DNA from: an uncultured Candidatus Binatia bacterium
Lineage (GTDB): Bacteria > Desulfobacterota > Binatia > Bin18
Direction: 5' to 3'
Length of the DNA: 64,000 nt
Assembly (NCBI GenBank): GCA_965200965.1
Contig: OZ241744.1
Span: forward strand, 2,592,001 to 2,656,000
A program made the translations under genes and the position numbers. The notes beneath the pieces are model-generated. The model saw only the letters and a list, made by a program, of their open reading frames with translations, was not told where the DNA came from and did no database searches. The first letter of the stretch is position 1; each line of letters starts with the position of its first letter. Below, one piece after another: positions 19,682 to 28,560 of the stretch.

Positions 19682-21178
19682 ATGGGACGGAACACGGGCG
19701 CTTTCCACACCGGGAATCGTGACAACAGCGATCACACCCAACTCAGGATTCCCTGTGTCACCCATACAGCGCAACATGGCTCCATTCAGTTCCTGATTCT
19801 GGCTCCTGTTCTGACCCTTTGCCTTTTAGGGCTTATTGTCCGCAGCGCCAGTTCGGCCGTCGATCATCGGATTGAAAAGCAAAAGATCGCCGAACAACTC
19901 AGGCAGCGTTTGAGCGAGGTCTACAGCGACCCCACTCCGCCGCGGCTGAGCCGCCCCGCTCCGGAGCCGACGGCTGAGCCGCCCGCTGTGGCTGAGCCGG
20001 CCGCTGCTCAAGTGGCAGCTGCAACTGCCGAGCAGCCATCTCAGCCCCAATCCTTCCCGCTCCAGACCACGCACACGGTGCGCAAGAAGGATACCTTTGA
20101 GACCATACTGCGAGGCCAGGGGCTTGGCCGGAGCGCCGCCAGCACCTGGATTACGGCCTGGATTACGGCCGCCGGAAAAGAGAAGCAAGTCCGCAATCTG
20201 CAAATCGATCGGCGCTTCTCTTTTGTTTTTGATGAAGGTCCCGAAGAGCCGCTTCTGACCAGTCTGAGCTATGACCTCAGCGCCCTCTCACGGCTGACTC
20301 TTGAACGAAGGCCAGACGGCAACGTTACCTCCCGCCTCGAAGCGCTGCCGACCAGCCTGGTGTGGCGGGCGGTCTCTGGCCGGATTACCAGTAGTCTGTA
20401 CGAGGCGGCGGTAAACACCGCCGGGGTGCCCGACCGTATTGTTGACGAAATGATTGATCTGGGCTGGGATTTCGATTTCTCTTCCGACCTGAGGGCCGGC
20501 GACACCTTCAAGGTGATCTTTGAAGAATACCAGCGTGACGGCCAGCCGGTTCAATATGGGCGAGTCCTGGCGACTGAAATCGTCAATCAAGGCAAGTCCT
20601 CGACAGTCTTGTCACTTGACCAAACCGAGGGCTTCCTGCGCTATCCGCTGCGTTTCACCCGGATTTCGTCGGTGTTTACCAAGGCCAGGTTTCATCCTGT
20701 TCTCAAACGTCACCGGCCTCATAACGGCGTTGATTTTGCCGCCCCACGCGGTACGCCGGTACGGGCGGTGGCCAATGGGAGGGTCACCTGCGCCGGTTGG
20801 GAGGGCGGGTTTGGTCGGCTTGTCCGCATTGACCATCCTGGGGCGTACTCCACCGAGTACGCCCATCTGCATAGCATTGCCAAAGGGATCAGGGTTGGAG
20901 TGCGGGTCAAGCGTGGTCAAAAAATTGGCAGTGTAGGTTCGACCGGTTTGGCCACTGGACCGCATCTCCACTTCGGGCTGTTCAAGAATGGCAGATATGT
21001 AAATCCGTTGAGCGCAAACCTTCCCAGAGTTCCGAAAACCGATACGCGCAAACCGGACCCGGTCCGGGCCAAGCTGAAAAAAACGCTGACCGAATACCTG
21101 GCTCGGCTGGAGCCTGACCAGGCCTCAACTTTTGCCGCGGTAGAAACGACCAAGCCGCCAAGCCGGCCCCGCTCCTGA
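19682..21178 (+). CDS. M23 family peptidoglycan endopeptidase (MepM-like)
   Basis: HNGVDFAA, YAHL and STGLATGPHLHF; N-terminal TM; start uncertain. Confidence 0.92.
   Translation: MGRNTGAFHTGNRDNSDHTQLRIPCVTHTAQHGSIQFLILAPVLTLCLLGLIVRSASSAVDHRIEKQKIAEQLRQRLSEVYSDPTPPRLSRPAPEPTAEPPAVAEPAAAQVAAATAEQPSQPQSFPLQTTHTVRKKDTFETILRGQGLGRSAASTWITAWITAAGKEKQVRNLQIDRRFSFVFDEGPEEPLLTSLSYDLSALSRLTLERRPDGNVTSRLEALPTSLVWRAVSGRITSSLYEAAVNTAGVPDRIVDEMIDLGWDFDFSSDLRAGDTFKVIFEEYQRDGQPVQYGRVLATEIVNQGKSSTVLSLDQTEGFLRYPLRFTRISSVFTKARFHPVLKRHRPHNGVDFAAPRGTPVRAVANGRVTCAGWEGGFGRLVRIDHPGAYSTEYAHLHSIAKGIRVGVRVKRGQKIGSVGSTGLATGPHLHFGLFKNGRYVNPLSANLPRVPKTDTRKPDPVRAKLKKTLTEYLARLEPDQASTFAAVETTKPPSRPRS
19707..19758. repeat. 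~52-bp palindromic element family 2, in frame with the M23 ORF N-terminus
   Basis: ACACCGGGAATCGTGACAACAGCGATCACACCCAACTCAGGATTCCCTGTGT; encodes TGNRDNSDHTQLRIPC. Confidence 0.9.
20145..20170 (+). repeat. Exact 12-bp in-frame tandem duplication (WITA x2)
   Basis: CCTGGATTACGG twice. Confidence 0.85.
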
Positions 21179-21261
21179 GCCCACACGGCCCGGGCTGCTA
21201 TGGCCTCAGGCTGCATGGCCGGGAGTTGACGCCCTCAAGCCGCTCACATAGGGACACAGCA

Positions 21262-21576
21262 ATGGCATACGCAGTTATTCAAACTGGCGGAAAGCAGTAC
21301 CGGGTCGCGCCCGGCGAACTGCTCAGAATCGAGTCCTTGAAGGGCGAGCCCGGCAGCCAGGTGCAGTTCAGTGAGGTGCTGCTCACTTCAAGCGAGGGAA
21401 CGGTTCAGGTTGGCCGGCCAACCGTCGCCGGGGCCAGCGTGACGGCCCAGATTGTCGAGCACGGCAAAGAACACAAAATCATCGTGTTCAAGAAAAAACG
21501 ACGTAAAGGATACCGGCGCAAACAGGGCCACCGCCAGCCGTTTACCGCGGTGCGCATCCAGAGTATCGGTAGCTGA
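21262..21576 (+). CDS. rplU: 50S ribosomal protein L21
   Basis: [11 protein letters not shown]...[15 protein letters not shown]. Confidence 0.98.
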   Translation: MAYAVIQTGGKQYRVAPGELLRIESLKGEPGSQVQFSEVLLTSSEGTVQVGRPTVAGASVTAQIVEHGKEHKIIVFKKKRRKGYRRKQGHRQPFTAVRIQSIGS

Positions 21577-21578
21577 TG

Positions 21579-21613
21579 ACACAGGGAGCCGTGATCTCCT
21601 TGCAGTCGCTGAT
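21579..21613. repeat. Degenerate partial copy of element family 2 between rplU and rpmA
   Basis: ACACAGGGAGCCGTGATCTCCTTGCAGTCGCTG aligns with ACGCCGGGAATCATGACCTCCTTGTGATCGCTG (18437). Confidence 0.55.
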
Positions 21614-21649
21614 ATTCTCACATGTTCTACACAGTCGGGAGGACGAATC

Positions 21650-21928
21650 ATGGCGCATAAAAAAGGACAGGGATCAAGTCGAAATGGACGCGACAGCCCG
21701 GGCCAGAGGCGTGGGGTGAAACTCTTTGGCGGCCAGCGCGCCAGGGCAGGAAATATCATTATTCGTCAACTCGGCACCAGAATTTATCCCGGCTCAAATG
21801 TCGGCATGGGGCGCGACTATACCATCTTTGCCAAAATCGACGGCATTGTCCGTTTCGAACGGATGGGGAAGACACGCAAACGGGTGAGCGTACATCCGGC
21901 CGAGCCTGTCGCTCCCGCCGCCTCATAA
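21650..21928 (+). CDS. rpmA: 50S ribosomal protein L27
   Basis: [16 protein letters not shown]; GGAGG SD. Confidence 0.98.
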   Translation: MAHKKGQGSSRNGRDSPGQRRGVKLFGGQRARAGNIIIRQLGTRIYPGSNVGMGRDYTIFAKIDGIVRFERMGKTRKRVSVHPAEPVAPAAS

Positions 21929-21962
21929 GCATTGACGCCATCTGTTCTGGAACATCTTTGTG

Positions 21963-21985
21963 AAGCCCCGCACGGGGCTTTTTTT
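21963..21985 (+). terminator. Intrinsic terminator between rpmA and obgE
   Basis: AAGCCCCG-CA-CGGGGCTT followed by T-run. Confidence 0.85.
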
Positions 21986-21990
21986 GTAGT

Positions 21991-23046
21991 ATGCACTTTG
22001 TTGATGAAGTTCGGGTTTTTGTCAAAGCGGGCAACGGCGGCAACGGCTGTATCAGCTTCCTGCGCGAAAAATACCGTCCCCGAGGCGGGCCGAACGGCGG
22101 CAACGGCGGCAACGGCGGGAGTGTGATTTTTCAGGTTGACCCGCAGCTCAGCACCTTGCTTGACCTGCGCTATGCCCAACATATCCGGGCGGCGCACGGT
22201 GAGCACGGACGCGGCAAGGACCAGCACGGGCGTGCGGCACGCGACCGTGTTGTCCGCGTGCCGCCCGGGACCCTCATTCGTGACCTTGACAGCGGAGAAC
22301 TGCTGGCCGACCTGACCCGACCCGGCAGCCAGGTCCTTGTCGCCAGAGGCGGCAACGGCGGCAAGGGAAATGCGTCTTTTACCTCGGCCAGAAACCGCTT
22401 GCCGCGCCAAGCCCAGCCCGGACAGGCCGGAGAAGAGCGCACCCTGCGGCTTGAGTTGCGCGTTCTGGCCGATGTGGGCCTGGTCGGATTTCCGAATGCC
22501 GGGAAATCGACCTTGCTGTCCAGCGTATCTGCCGCCCGGCCCCGGATTGCGGATTTTCCGTTTACCACCCTGACGCCCCACCTCGGTGTCGTCCGCTATG
22601 GAGACGACGGCGCGTTTGTCATGGCTGACATTCCCGGACTGATTGAGGGCGCGCACGAAGGGCATGGGCTTGGCGCGCGGTTTCTGCGTCACCTGTCACG
22701 CGCCTCGGTCCTGGTCTGTCTGCTCGATATTTCTGATCCCCAGCGCGATCCGTGGCACGATTATGGAGTCCTCACGCATGAGCTCCGCAGCTTTGATCCT
22801 GCCCTGCTTGAGCGGCCCCGGTTAGTCGCGATCACTAAGTATGATCTGCCCGCCGCCCAGGAGCGCTTTGCCGAGGTGGCGGCAACATTCGCCAGCCACG
22901 ATATTGGGCTGATGGCGCTGAGCGCTGTCAGCCGCAAGGGCGTGAGCGATCTGGTCTGGAACATCGTTCATGCGCTTGTCGACGCTCGAAAGCGGGCTGA
23001 GGAAGCTGCCGCCCAGCCCGACGATGAGGCTCAGGTATGGGATTAG
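21991..23046 (+). CDS. obgE: GTPase ObgE
   Basis: Gly-rich Obg fold; GFPNAGKS, PFTT and DIPG. Confidence 0.98.
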   Translation: MHFVDEVRVFVKAGNGGNGCISFLREKYRPRGGPNGGNGGNGGSVIFQVDPQLSTLLDLRYAQHIRAAHGEHGRGKDQHGRAARDRVVRVPPGTLIRDLDSGELLADLTRPGSQVLVARGGNGGKGNASFTSARNRLPRQAQPGQAGEERTLRLELRVLADVGLVGFPNAGKSTLLSSVSAARPRIADFPFTTLTPHLGVVRYGDDGAFVMADIPGLIEGAHEGHGLGARFLRHLSRASVLVCLLDISDPQRDPWHDYGVLTHELRSFDPALLERPRLVAITKYDLPAAQERFAEVAATFASHDIGLMALSAVSRKGVSDLVWNIVHALVDARKRAEEAAAQPDDEAQVWD

Positions 23047-24191
23047 CCCAGACCCAACTCCTCCATAAAGCCGATATCCTGCGCCGCGCCCAGCGGGTCG
23101 TCATCAAGGTGGGCAGCAGTATCCTGTCCCGGCAGGATGGGGTGAACATCAACAGCGTCGAGCGTCTGGCACGGGAAATGTCGGCGCTGCGGGTCGGCAG
23201 TCAAGACCGGGACAGAGACATCGTTCTGGTCAGTTCAGGAGCCGTTGCTGCAGGAATGGGTCGCCTCGGTACCCAGTCCGAGCGGTCCCGGACAATTCCC
23301 AGCAAACAGGCCGCCGCGGCGGTCGGTCAGATCGCCCTGATGGCCCTGTATGAGCAGGCTTTTTCCCGCCACGGTGCTCATGTTGGCCAGATTCTGCTGA
23401 CCCATGACGATGTGGCCGACCGCCGCCGCTATCTGAACGCCAAGCACACCATGCGCACCCTGCTGGAGGCCGGCGTCATCCCGATTGTGAATGAGAACGA
23501 CAGTGTGGCCGTTGAGGAGATCGAGTTTGGCGATAACGATCATCTGTCGGCCCTGGTCGCCGTCCTTATCGAGGCCGACCTGCTGGTGATTCTGAGCGAT
23601 GTCAAGGGCTTGTACGAGCGCGACCCCCGGCTGCACGCCGATGCCCGACTGGTGCCCCTGGTGGAGCGGTGTGACACGCCCTATGCGGCCGGCGGTGCCG
23701 GTCCGCTCGGTCGGGGCGGTATGACCTCCAAACTCCAGGCCGCCCATAAGGCGGCCCTGTCCGGTATTCCGACGATTATCGCCGATGGACGCCACGACAA
23801 CAGCCTGCGGGCCGTTTTTGATCCCCATCTCCCGACCGGAACCGTATTTCTGCCGGTCAGCGACCGTATTGCCAACCGCAAGCACTGGATCGCCTATACG
23901 CTGAAACCGGCTGGCAGCTTACAGCTTGACGCCGGTGCCGCCGACGCAGTCCGGCACGCCGGCCGCAGCCTGCTGCCGGCCGGCGTGCGTGAGATACGGG
24001 GAACATTCGAGGTTGGCGAGTGTGTCGCCTGTGTAGACGAAAGCGGCCACGAGTTTGCCCGCGGGCTGGTCAACTACCATTCGACGGCCCTGGAGCGGAT
24101 CAAGGGCCTGAAAACCGGCCAGATTGAGCAGACCTTGGGCTATAAGGTCAGCGATGAGGTCATCCATCGGGACGATTTGGCCCTGTTGTAA
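23037..24191 (+). CDS. proB: Glutamate 5-kinase
   Basis: VIKVGSS, SSGAVAAG, NENDSV, FGDND, GGMTSK; PUA domain. Confidence 0.97.
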   Translation: MGLAQTQLLHKADILRRAQRVVIKVGSSILSRQDGVNINSVERLAREMSALRVGSQDRDRDIVLVSSGAVAAGMGRLGTQSERSRTIPSKQAAAAVGQIALMALYEQAFSRHGAHVGQILLTHDDVADRRRYLNAKHTMRTLLEAGVIPIVNENDSVAVEEIEFGDNDHLSALVAVLIEADLLVILSDVKGLYERDPRLHADARLVPLVERCDTPYAAGGAGPLGRGGMTSKLQAAHKAALSGIPTIIADGRHDNSLRAVFDPHLPTGTVFLPVSDRIANRKHWIAYTLKPAGSLQLDAGAADAVRHAGRSLLPAGVREIRGTFEVGECVACVDESGHEFARGLVNYHSTALERIKGLKTGQIEQTLGYKVSDEVIHRDDLALL

Positions 24192-24230
24192 GACCCATGC
24201 TGACAGAACGATGGGCTGTGGGAGACTGGT

Positions 24231-25487
24231 ATGGACCTTGAACATATGGTGGTCACGCTGTGTCAGGCGGCGAAAAAAGCGGCGCGGGAGTTGGCGACAA
24301 GCTCAACCCAGGCCAAAAACGAGGCGCTGCTCAAGGCCGCCGCGGCCCTGCGGCAGGCCAGCCGAACGCTCCTGGCCGCGAACGCTCAGGATGTTGAGGC
24401 CGGCCGCCAGAGTGGGCTGTCCCCGGCCATGCTTGATCGCCTGAGGCTGACCGAAGAGCGTATTGAGAGCATGGCGAACGGCCTGGAGATTCTGGTTGAT
24501 CTGCCCGACCCGGTGGGCGAGACAGTGGCCGCCTGGCGGCGTCCCAACGGCCTGGAGATCGCTCAGGTCCGTGTGCCGCTCGGCGTAGCAGGGATTATCT
24601 ATGAATCGCGTCCCAATGTAACCGCGGACGCCGCCGGCCTGGGGCTTAAGGCCGGCAATGCGGTCATTCTCAAAGGCGGCTCGGAGGCGTTTCGGACCAA
24701 CGGGGCCATTGTTGATGTGCTGACAACCGCCTGTGTCGAAGCCGGTTTGCCGCCAGCCGCGGCGCAACTCGTTCGTTCGACCGACCGGCAGTCGGTGCGC
24801 GTCCTGCTGCAACAGGACCGTTTTGTGGATGTGATTATCCCGCGTGGCGGGGAAGAACTCATTCAGGCGGTAACGGCGCAGTCCTCCATTCCGGTCATCC
24901 AGCACTTTTCGGGCGTCTGTCATACCTATGTGGATGCCGCGGCCGATTGCGACAAAGCCATGCGGATCGCCCTCAACGCCAAGACCCAACGTCCCTGGGT
25001 GTGTAACGCTATGGAAAATTTGCTGGTCCATAAAGCTGTTGCCCCCCGCTTCCTGCCGCCCTGCGTTGAGGCGCTTCACAAAGCCGGCGTAGAGGTTCGT
25101 GGCTGTGAGCGAAGCAGACGCCTCGTCCCCCACATCAAGGCGGCGACCGAGGCGGACTGGCAGACCGAGTACTTAGACCTGATCCTGTCGGTCAAGGTTG
25201 TTGATTCGGTTGACGAAGCCATTGCCTTTATTAACGATAATGGTTCCGGGCTGGCCGACGCCATTGTCAGCGAGGATTACACCAGCACACGGCGTTTTCT
25301 GCGCGAGATTGACTCGGCAACTGTGTACGCCAACGCCTCGACCCGCTTCACAGACGGCTATGAGTTCGGCTTTGGGGCCGAGGTCGGCATCTCCACCAAC
25401 CGGCTCCATGCCCGCGGCCCGATGGGGCTGCGCGAGCTGACGACGTATAAATATGTGATCCACGGTGACGGTCAGGTCAGAGCGTAG
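24231..25487 (+). CDS. proA: Gamma-glutamyl phosphate reductase
   Basis: IYESRPNVT, IIPRGG, VCNA and NASTRFTDG.EFG.GAE. Confidence 0.97.
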   Translation: MDLEHMVVTLCQAAKKAARELATSSTQAKNEALLKAAAALRQASRTLLAANAQDVEAGRQSGLSPAMLDRLRLTEERIESMANGLEILVDLPDPVGETVAAWRRPNGLEIAQVRVPLGVAGIIYESRPNVTADAAGLGLKAGNAVILKGGSEAFRTNGAIVDVLTTACVEAGLPPAAAQLVRSTDRQSVRVLLQQDRFVDVIIPRGGEELIQAVTAQSSIPVIQHFSGVCHTYVDAAADCDKAMRIALNAKTQRPWVCNAMENLLVHKAVAPRFLPPCVEALHKAGVEVRGCERSRRLVPHIKAATEADWQTEYLDLILSVKVVDSVDEAIAFINDNGSGLADAIVSEDYTSTRRFLREIDSATVYANASTRFTDGYEFGFGAEVGISTNRLHARGPMGLRELTTYKYVIHGDGQVRA

Positions 25488-25494
25488 GCGTGTC

Positions 25495-26133
25495 ATGCGG
25501 GTTGGCATTTTTGGCGGCACATTCAATCCGATCCACCTCGGCCACGTTCGGAGCGCCAACGAGATTCGTCACAGCTGCAACCTGGACCATATCTATTTTG
25601 TCCCCTCGGCCCGTCCCCCGCATAAAGACGCCGGTGAGATGGCGGGCGGGCGGCATCGGCTGCGGATGGTCGAGCTGGCCGTAGCCGATGAGCCGGCCTT
25701 CTCGGCCTCGGCGGTTGAGCTTGAGCGCGCCGGGCCGTCCTACTCGGTCGATACGATCCGGCACTTTCGGGCCGCGCTGCCATCGGCCTCGCTGTCCTTC
25801 ATCCTGGGGCTTGACGCCTTTCTGGCAATTCAGACCTGGAAAGACTATCGGACGCTTCCCTCCCTGTGTCACCTGATTGTCACCTCACGGCCCGGCACAC
25901 CACGCCCGCGCTGCCCGCTTCCCGTTGATTTTCGATCTGTTTTTTGTTATGACCCAGCCCTGAGGATGTATACCCACCCTTCACATTCTACCCTTGTTCT
26001 GTGTGAGATCCGCGGTCTCAATATCTCAGCGTCAGCGATCCGTCGAAACATTCAAAGCGGCGCATCTGTTCGCTCTCTCGTCCATCCGGCGGTGGCTGCC
26101 TATATTGCAGACCACGGTTTGTACCAGAGGTGA
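25495..26133 (+). CDS. nadD: Nicotinate-nucleotide adenylyltransferase
   Basis: GGTFNPIHLGH, PPHK and ISASAIR. Confidence 0.96.
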   Translation: MRVGIFGGTFNPIHLGHVRSANEIRHSCNLDHIYFVPSARPPHKDAGEMAGGRHRLRMVELAVADEPAFSASAVELERAGPSYSVDTIRHFRAALPSASLSFILGLDAFLAIQTWKDYRTLPSLCHLIVTSRPGTPRPRCPLPVDFRSVFCYDPALRMYTHPSHSTLVLCEIRGLNISASAIRRNIQSGASVRSLVHPAVAAYIADHGLYQR

Positions 26134-26185
26134 TTATGATGTGGTGGTATCACGTTCACTTTTACCCGCGGGAGAGGTTGGTATT

Positions 26186-26578
26186 TTGATCGATACAAGC
26201 TGGGAAAAAGCTCTTCAGTGCGCCCAGTCTGCGCTTGACAAAAAAGCCTATGACCTCGTTGCGCTCAAGGTCAGCACCCTTACCCCGGTCGCCGACTATT
26301 TCATTGTGTGTACCGGCCGCTCGGATACCCAGGTGCGCGGCATTTGCGAGGCCGTCCGGGAAGCCTTGTCGGCGCAGGGCATCCACCCCTTGGCGGTAGA
26401 AGGTTTTGTCAACGGCCAGTGGGTGCTGATCGATTTTGGCGATGTGGTGGTCCATATTTTCTATGAGGATGTCCGGGAGTTCTACAATCTGGACGGTCTG
26501 TGGGCCAAGGCGTCACGCTGTGAGTTGCCCGAACCATACTCAAGCCAAGCCCAAGACCTCAAGCTCGCAACGGCCTGA
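26186..26578 (+). CDS. rsfS: Ribosome silencing factor
   Basis: DKKA.D, DYFIVCTG and WVLIDFGDVVVHIF; follows nadD; TTG start inferred. Confidence 0.95.
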   Translation: MIDTSWEKALQCAQSALDKKAYDLVALKVSTLTPVADYFIVCTGRSDTQVRGICEAVREALSAQGIHPLAVEGFVNGQWVLIDFGDVVVHIFYEDVREFYNLDGLWAKASRCELPEPYSSQAQDLKLATA

Positions 26579-26615
26579 GGGCTCGGCTACAGGCGGAGTT
26601 TGACGGGGAGATTCC

Positions 26616-27053
26616 ATGGCTCGCACTTCTACTCTGACCGAAATCCTCTACTATGGGAGCACCCGCCAGGAACAGTACTGGGAAAACGAAGGCCAAACGC
26701 TCCGTATTGCCCGTGATACCTCATCGCCGATGTGGCTGGCCTACCGCAAGCAGAGCGGTGCCTACCAGCCTTTTCCAGCCCGACCGCGCACGGCCGCAAC
26801 ACGAAAACGGAACCGTCATGGACAGGCCGCGGCCCTGCCCCTGGCCGGGCGCAGCGCCGAAGAGGTGGTCGCCCAGCTCAAAAAGTTTCATAAGTTGAGC
26901 CTGTTCCTTGAGCAGCGTTTGCGGAGATGGATGAACAAGAGTTCAGGCGAGCGGGTCCTGGCCTTTCTTGACCCCAACCAGGGCGGCACGCCGGTCATGA
27001 CCGATCCTGGGATTCCGCACTCCCAGCACAGCCACCCGCCCAAAGCGCACTAG
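26616..27053 (+). CDS. Hypothetical protein
   Basis: 145-aa ORF with GGGAG SD that fills the gap in the operon direction. Confidence 0.55.
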   Translation: MARTSTLTEILYYGSTRQEQYWENEGQTLRIARDTSSPMWLAYRKQSGAYQPFPARPRTAATRKRNRHGQAAALPLAGRSAEEVVAQLKKFHKLSLFLEQRLRRWMNKSSGERVLAFLDPNQGGTPVMTDPGIPHSQHSHPPKAH

Positions 27054-27107
27054 GGCTGGTCTGTCCTCCCCATGTACTCCGGCGCATGATGCAGCAGGCG
27101 GTGGCCT

Positions 27108-27824
27108 ATGGATAGAGAGGCGGTTGAGTCCAAGACGCAGCGCTTTCAGCACAAAATAGACCAACTGCGGCCGGCCCTCGACGAGCGCCGACAGGTCTAC
27201 AAGCAGAAAAAAGCCAGGGGTCAAAGGCTCAGGAAACGGATCACGGCGGTGGCGCTCGGCGTGGTCGGGACTGCTCTGCTGGCCCTCTACATCCGGCCCG
27301 CTCATGTCCCCGAGCGCCACGAAACCGCCGCCCCAAAGCTGGTGCCGCCCGCGGTCCAGCAAAAACCGGCCGTCTCCGACCCTCCCGCCCCACCCCCTCA
27401 GCCGGCCTCCCCAACGCCGGAAGCGGCACCTGACCCGGCCCTGACCGTCATAGTTGCCGCGGCCGAGGCGGCTGAAGTTCCCCCGCCGAAGCCGCCGGCC
27501 CAACTGCGGATTGACCGCAGCCTGAGTTGCCGGGCAGTGTGGGAACGAGAATGCAGCCAGCCCCAGGCCAGCTTTGCCCCGCACGAGCGTCCCCATGTCT
27601 GGACGATCGTCCTCGCCCAGTCCACGCCACAGGTCCTGACCCATGTCTGGTACCACGAGGGCCGGAAATACTGCGAAGTGCCGCTCGATATTGAACATCC
27701 CCGCACCCGGACCTGGAGTGCGGTCAGCCTGCGCGGCCCGGTCCACCTTGGTTCCTGGAAGGTCGATATTGTAACCGAAGACGGCACCGTATTAGACTCG
27801 GTGGCGTTCTCTGTCAGCGCGTAA
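27108..27824 (+). CDS. DUF2914-like membrane-anchored protein
   Basis: TM, Pro-rich linker, C-terminal THVWYHEG..RTWS..GSWKVDI. Confidence 0.75.
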   Translation: MDREAVESKTQRFQHKIDQLRPALDERRQVYKQKKARGQRLRKRITAVALGVVGTALLALYIRPAHVPERHETAAPKLVPPAVQQKPAVSDPPAPPPQPASPTPEAAPDPALTVIVAAAEAAEVPPPKPPAQLRIDRSLSCRAVWERECSQPQASFAPHERPHVWTIVLAQSTPQVLTHVWYHEGRKYCEVPLDIEHPRTRTWSAVSLRGPVHLGSWKVDIVTEDGTVLDSVAFSVSA

Positions 27825-27966
27825 TCGTCCACGAGAGAAAGACAGCCACGACCGCCTTTCCCCCCACTCCAACACCCACGCCAGAAACCCGCGGCCAAGG
27901 CTTGCAGGAGGCTTTTCAAACTTGCTACATATCTGCGCAACCGCAGACCAGACAGGGGCGACACCG

Positions 27967-28536
27967 ATGAATACACAACACAGCGAACCATCTCCACAGC
28001 AGAGCAGAGAGATTGCCACCCTCGGCGGCGGCTGCTTCTGGTGTCTCGAAGCGGTCTATGTCGAACTCAAGGGCGTTGAGCAGGTGGTGTCCGGCTACAC
28101 CGGCGGGCAGGTTCCAGACCCGTCGTATGAGGCGGTGTGTGCCGGCACGACCGGCCACGCCGAAGTGGTCCAGGTGACGTATGACCCCGGGGCGATCTCC
28201 TTCCAGGACATCCTCCAGGTCTTCTTCACCATCCACGACCCGACCACCCTGAACCGCCAGGGCGCGGATGTCGGCACCCAGTACCGATCGGCCATCTACT
28301 ACCACACCCCGGCCCAGGCAGAGATTGCCGCCGCGGTCATCCAGGAGCTTGAGACCGCCGGCGTGTGGGACGGCAACATTGTCACCGAAGTCACCCCGGC
28401 CGGTCCCTTCTATCCGGCAGAAGACTACCACCAGGACTTTTTCGCCAACAATCCCTACCAGCCCTACTGTCAGTATGTCGTGGTCCCCAAGGTCACGAAG
28501 CTGCGCAAAGCCTTTGCCGAAAAGCTCAAACGCTAA
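27967..28536 (+). CDS. msrA: Peptide-methionine (S)-S-oxide reductase
   Basis: GGGCFWC, HDPTTLNRQGADVGTQYRS and AEDYHQ. Confidence 0.98.
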   Translation: MNTQHSEPSPQQSREIATLGGGCFWCLEAVYVELKGVEQVVSGYTGGQVPDPSYEAVCAGTTGHAEVVQVTYDPGAISFQDILQVFFTIHDPTTLNRQGADVGTQYRSAIYYHTPAQAEIAAAVIQELETAGVWDGNIVTEVTPAGPFYPAEDYHQDFFANNPYQPYCQYVVVPKVTKLRKAFAEKLKR

Positions 28537-28560
28537 GCCTCCCTCACAGGTGAAGGAGGA

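Noticed and set aside
22030-22120. GGCAACGGC repeats in obgE
   Set aside because: Encode the conserved Gly-rich Obg motifs.
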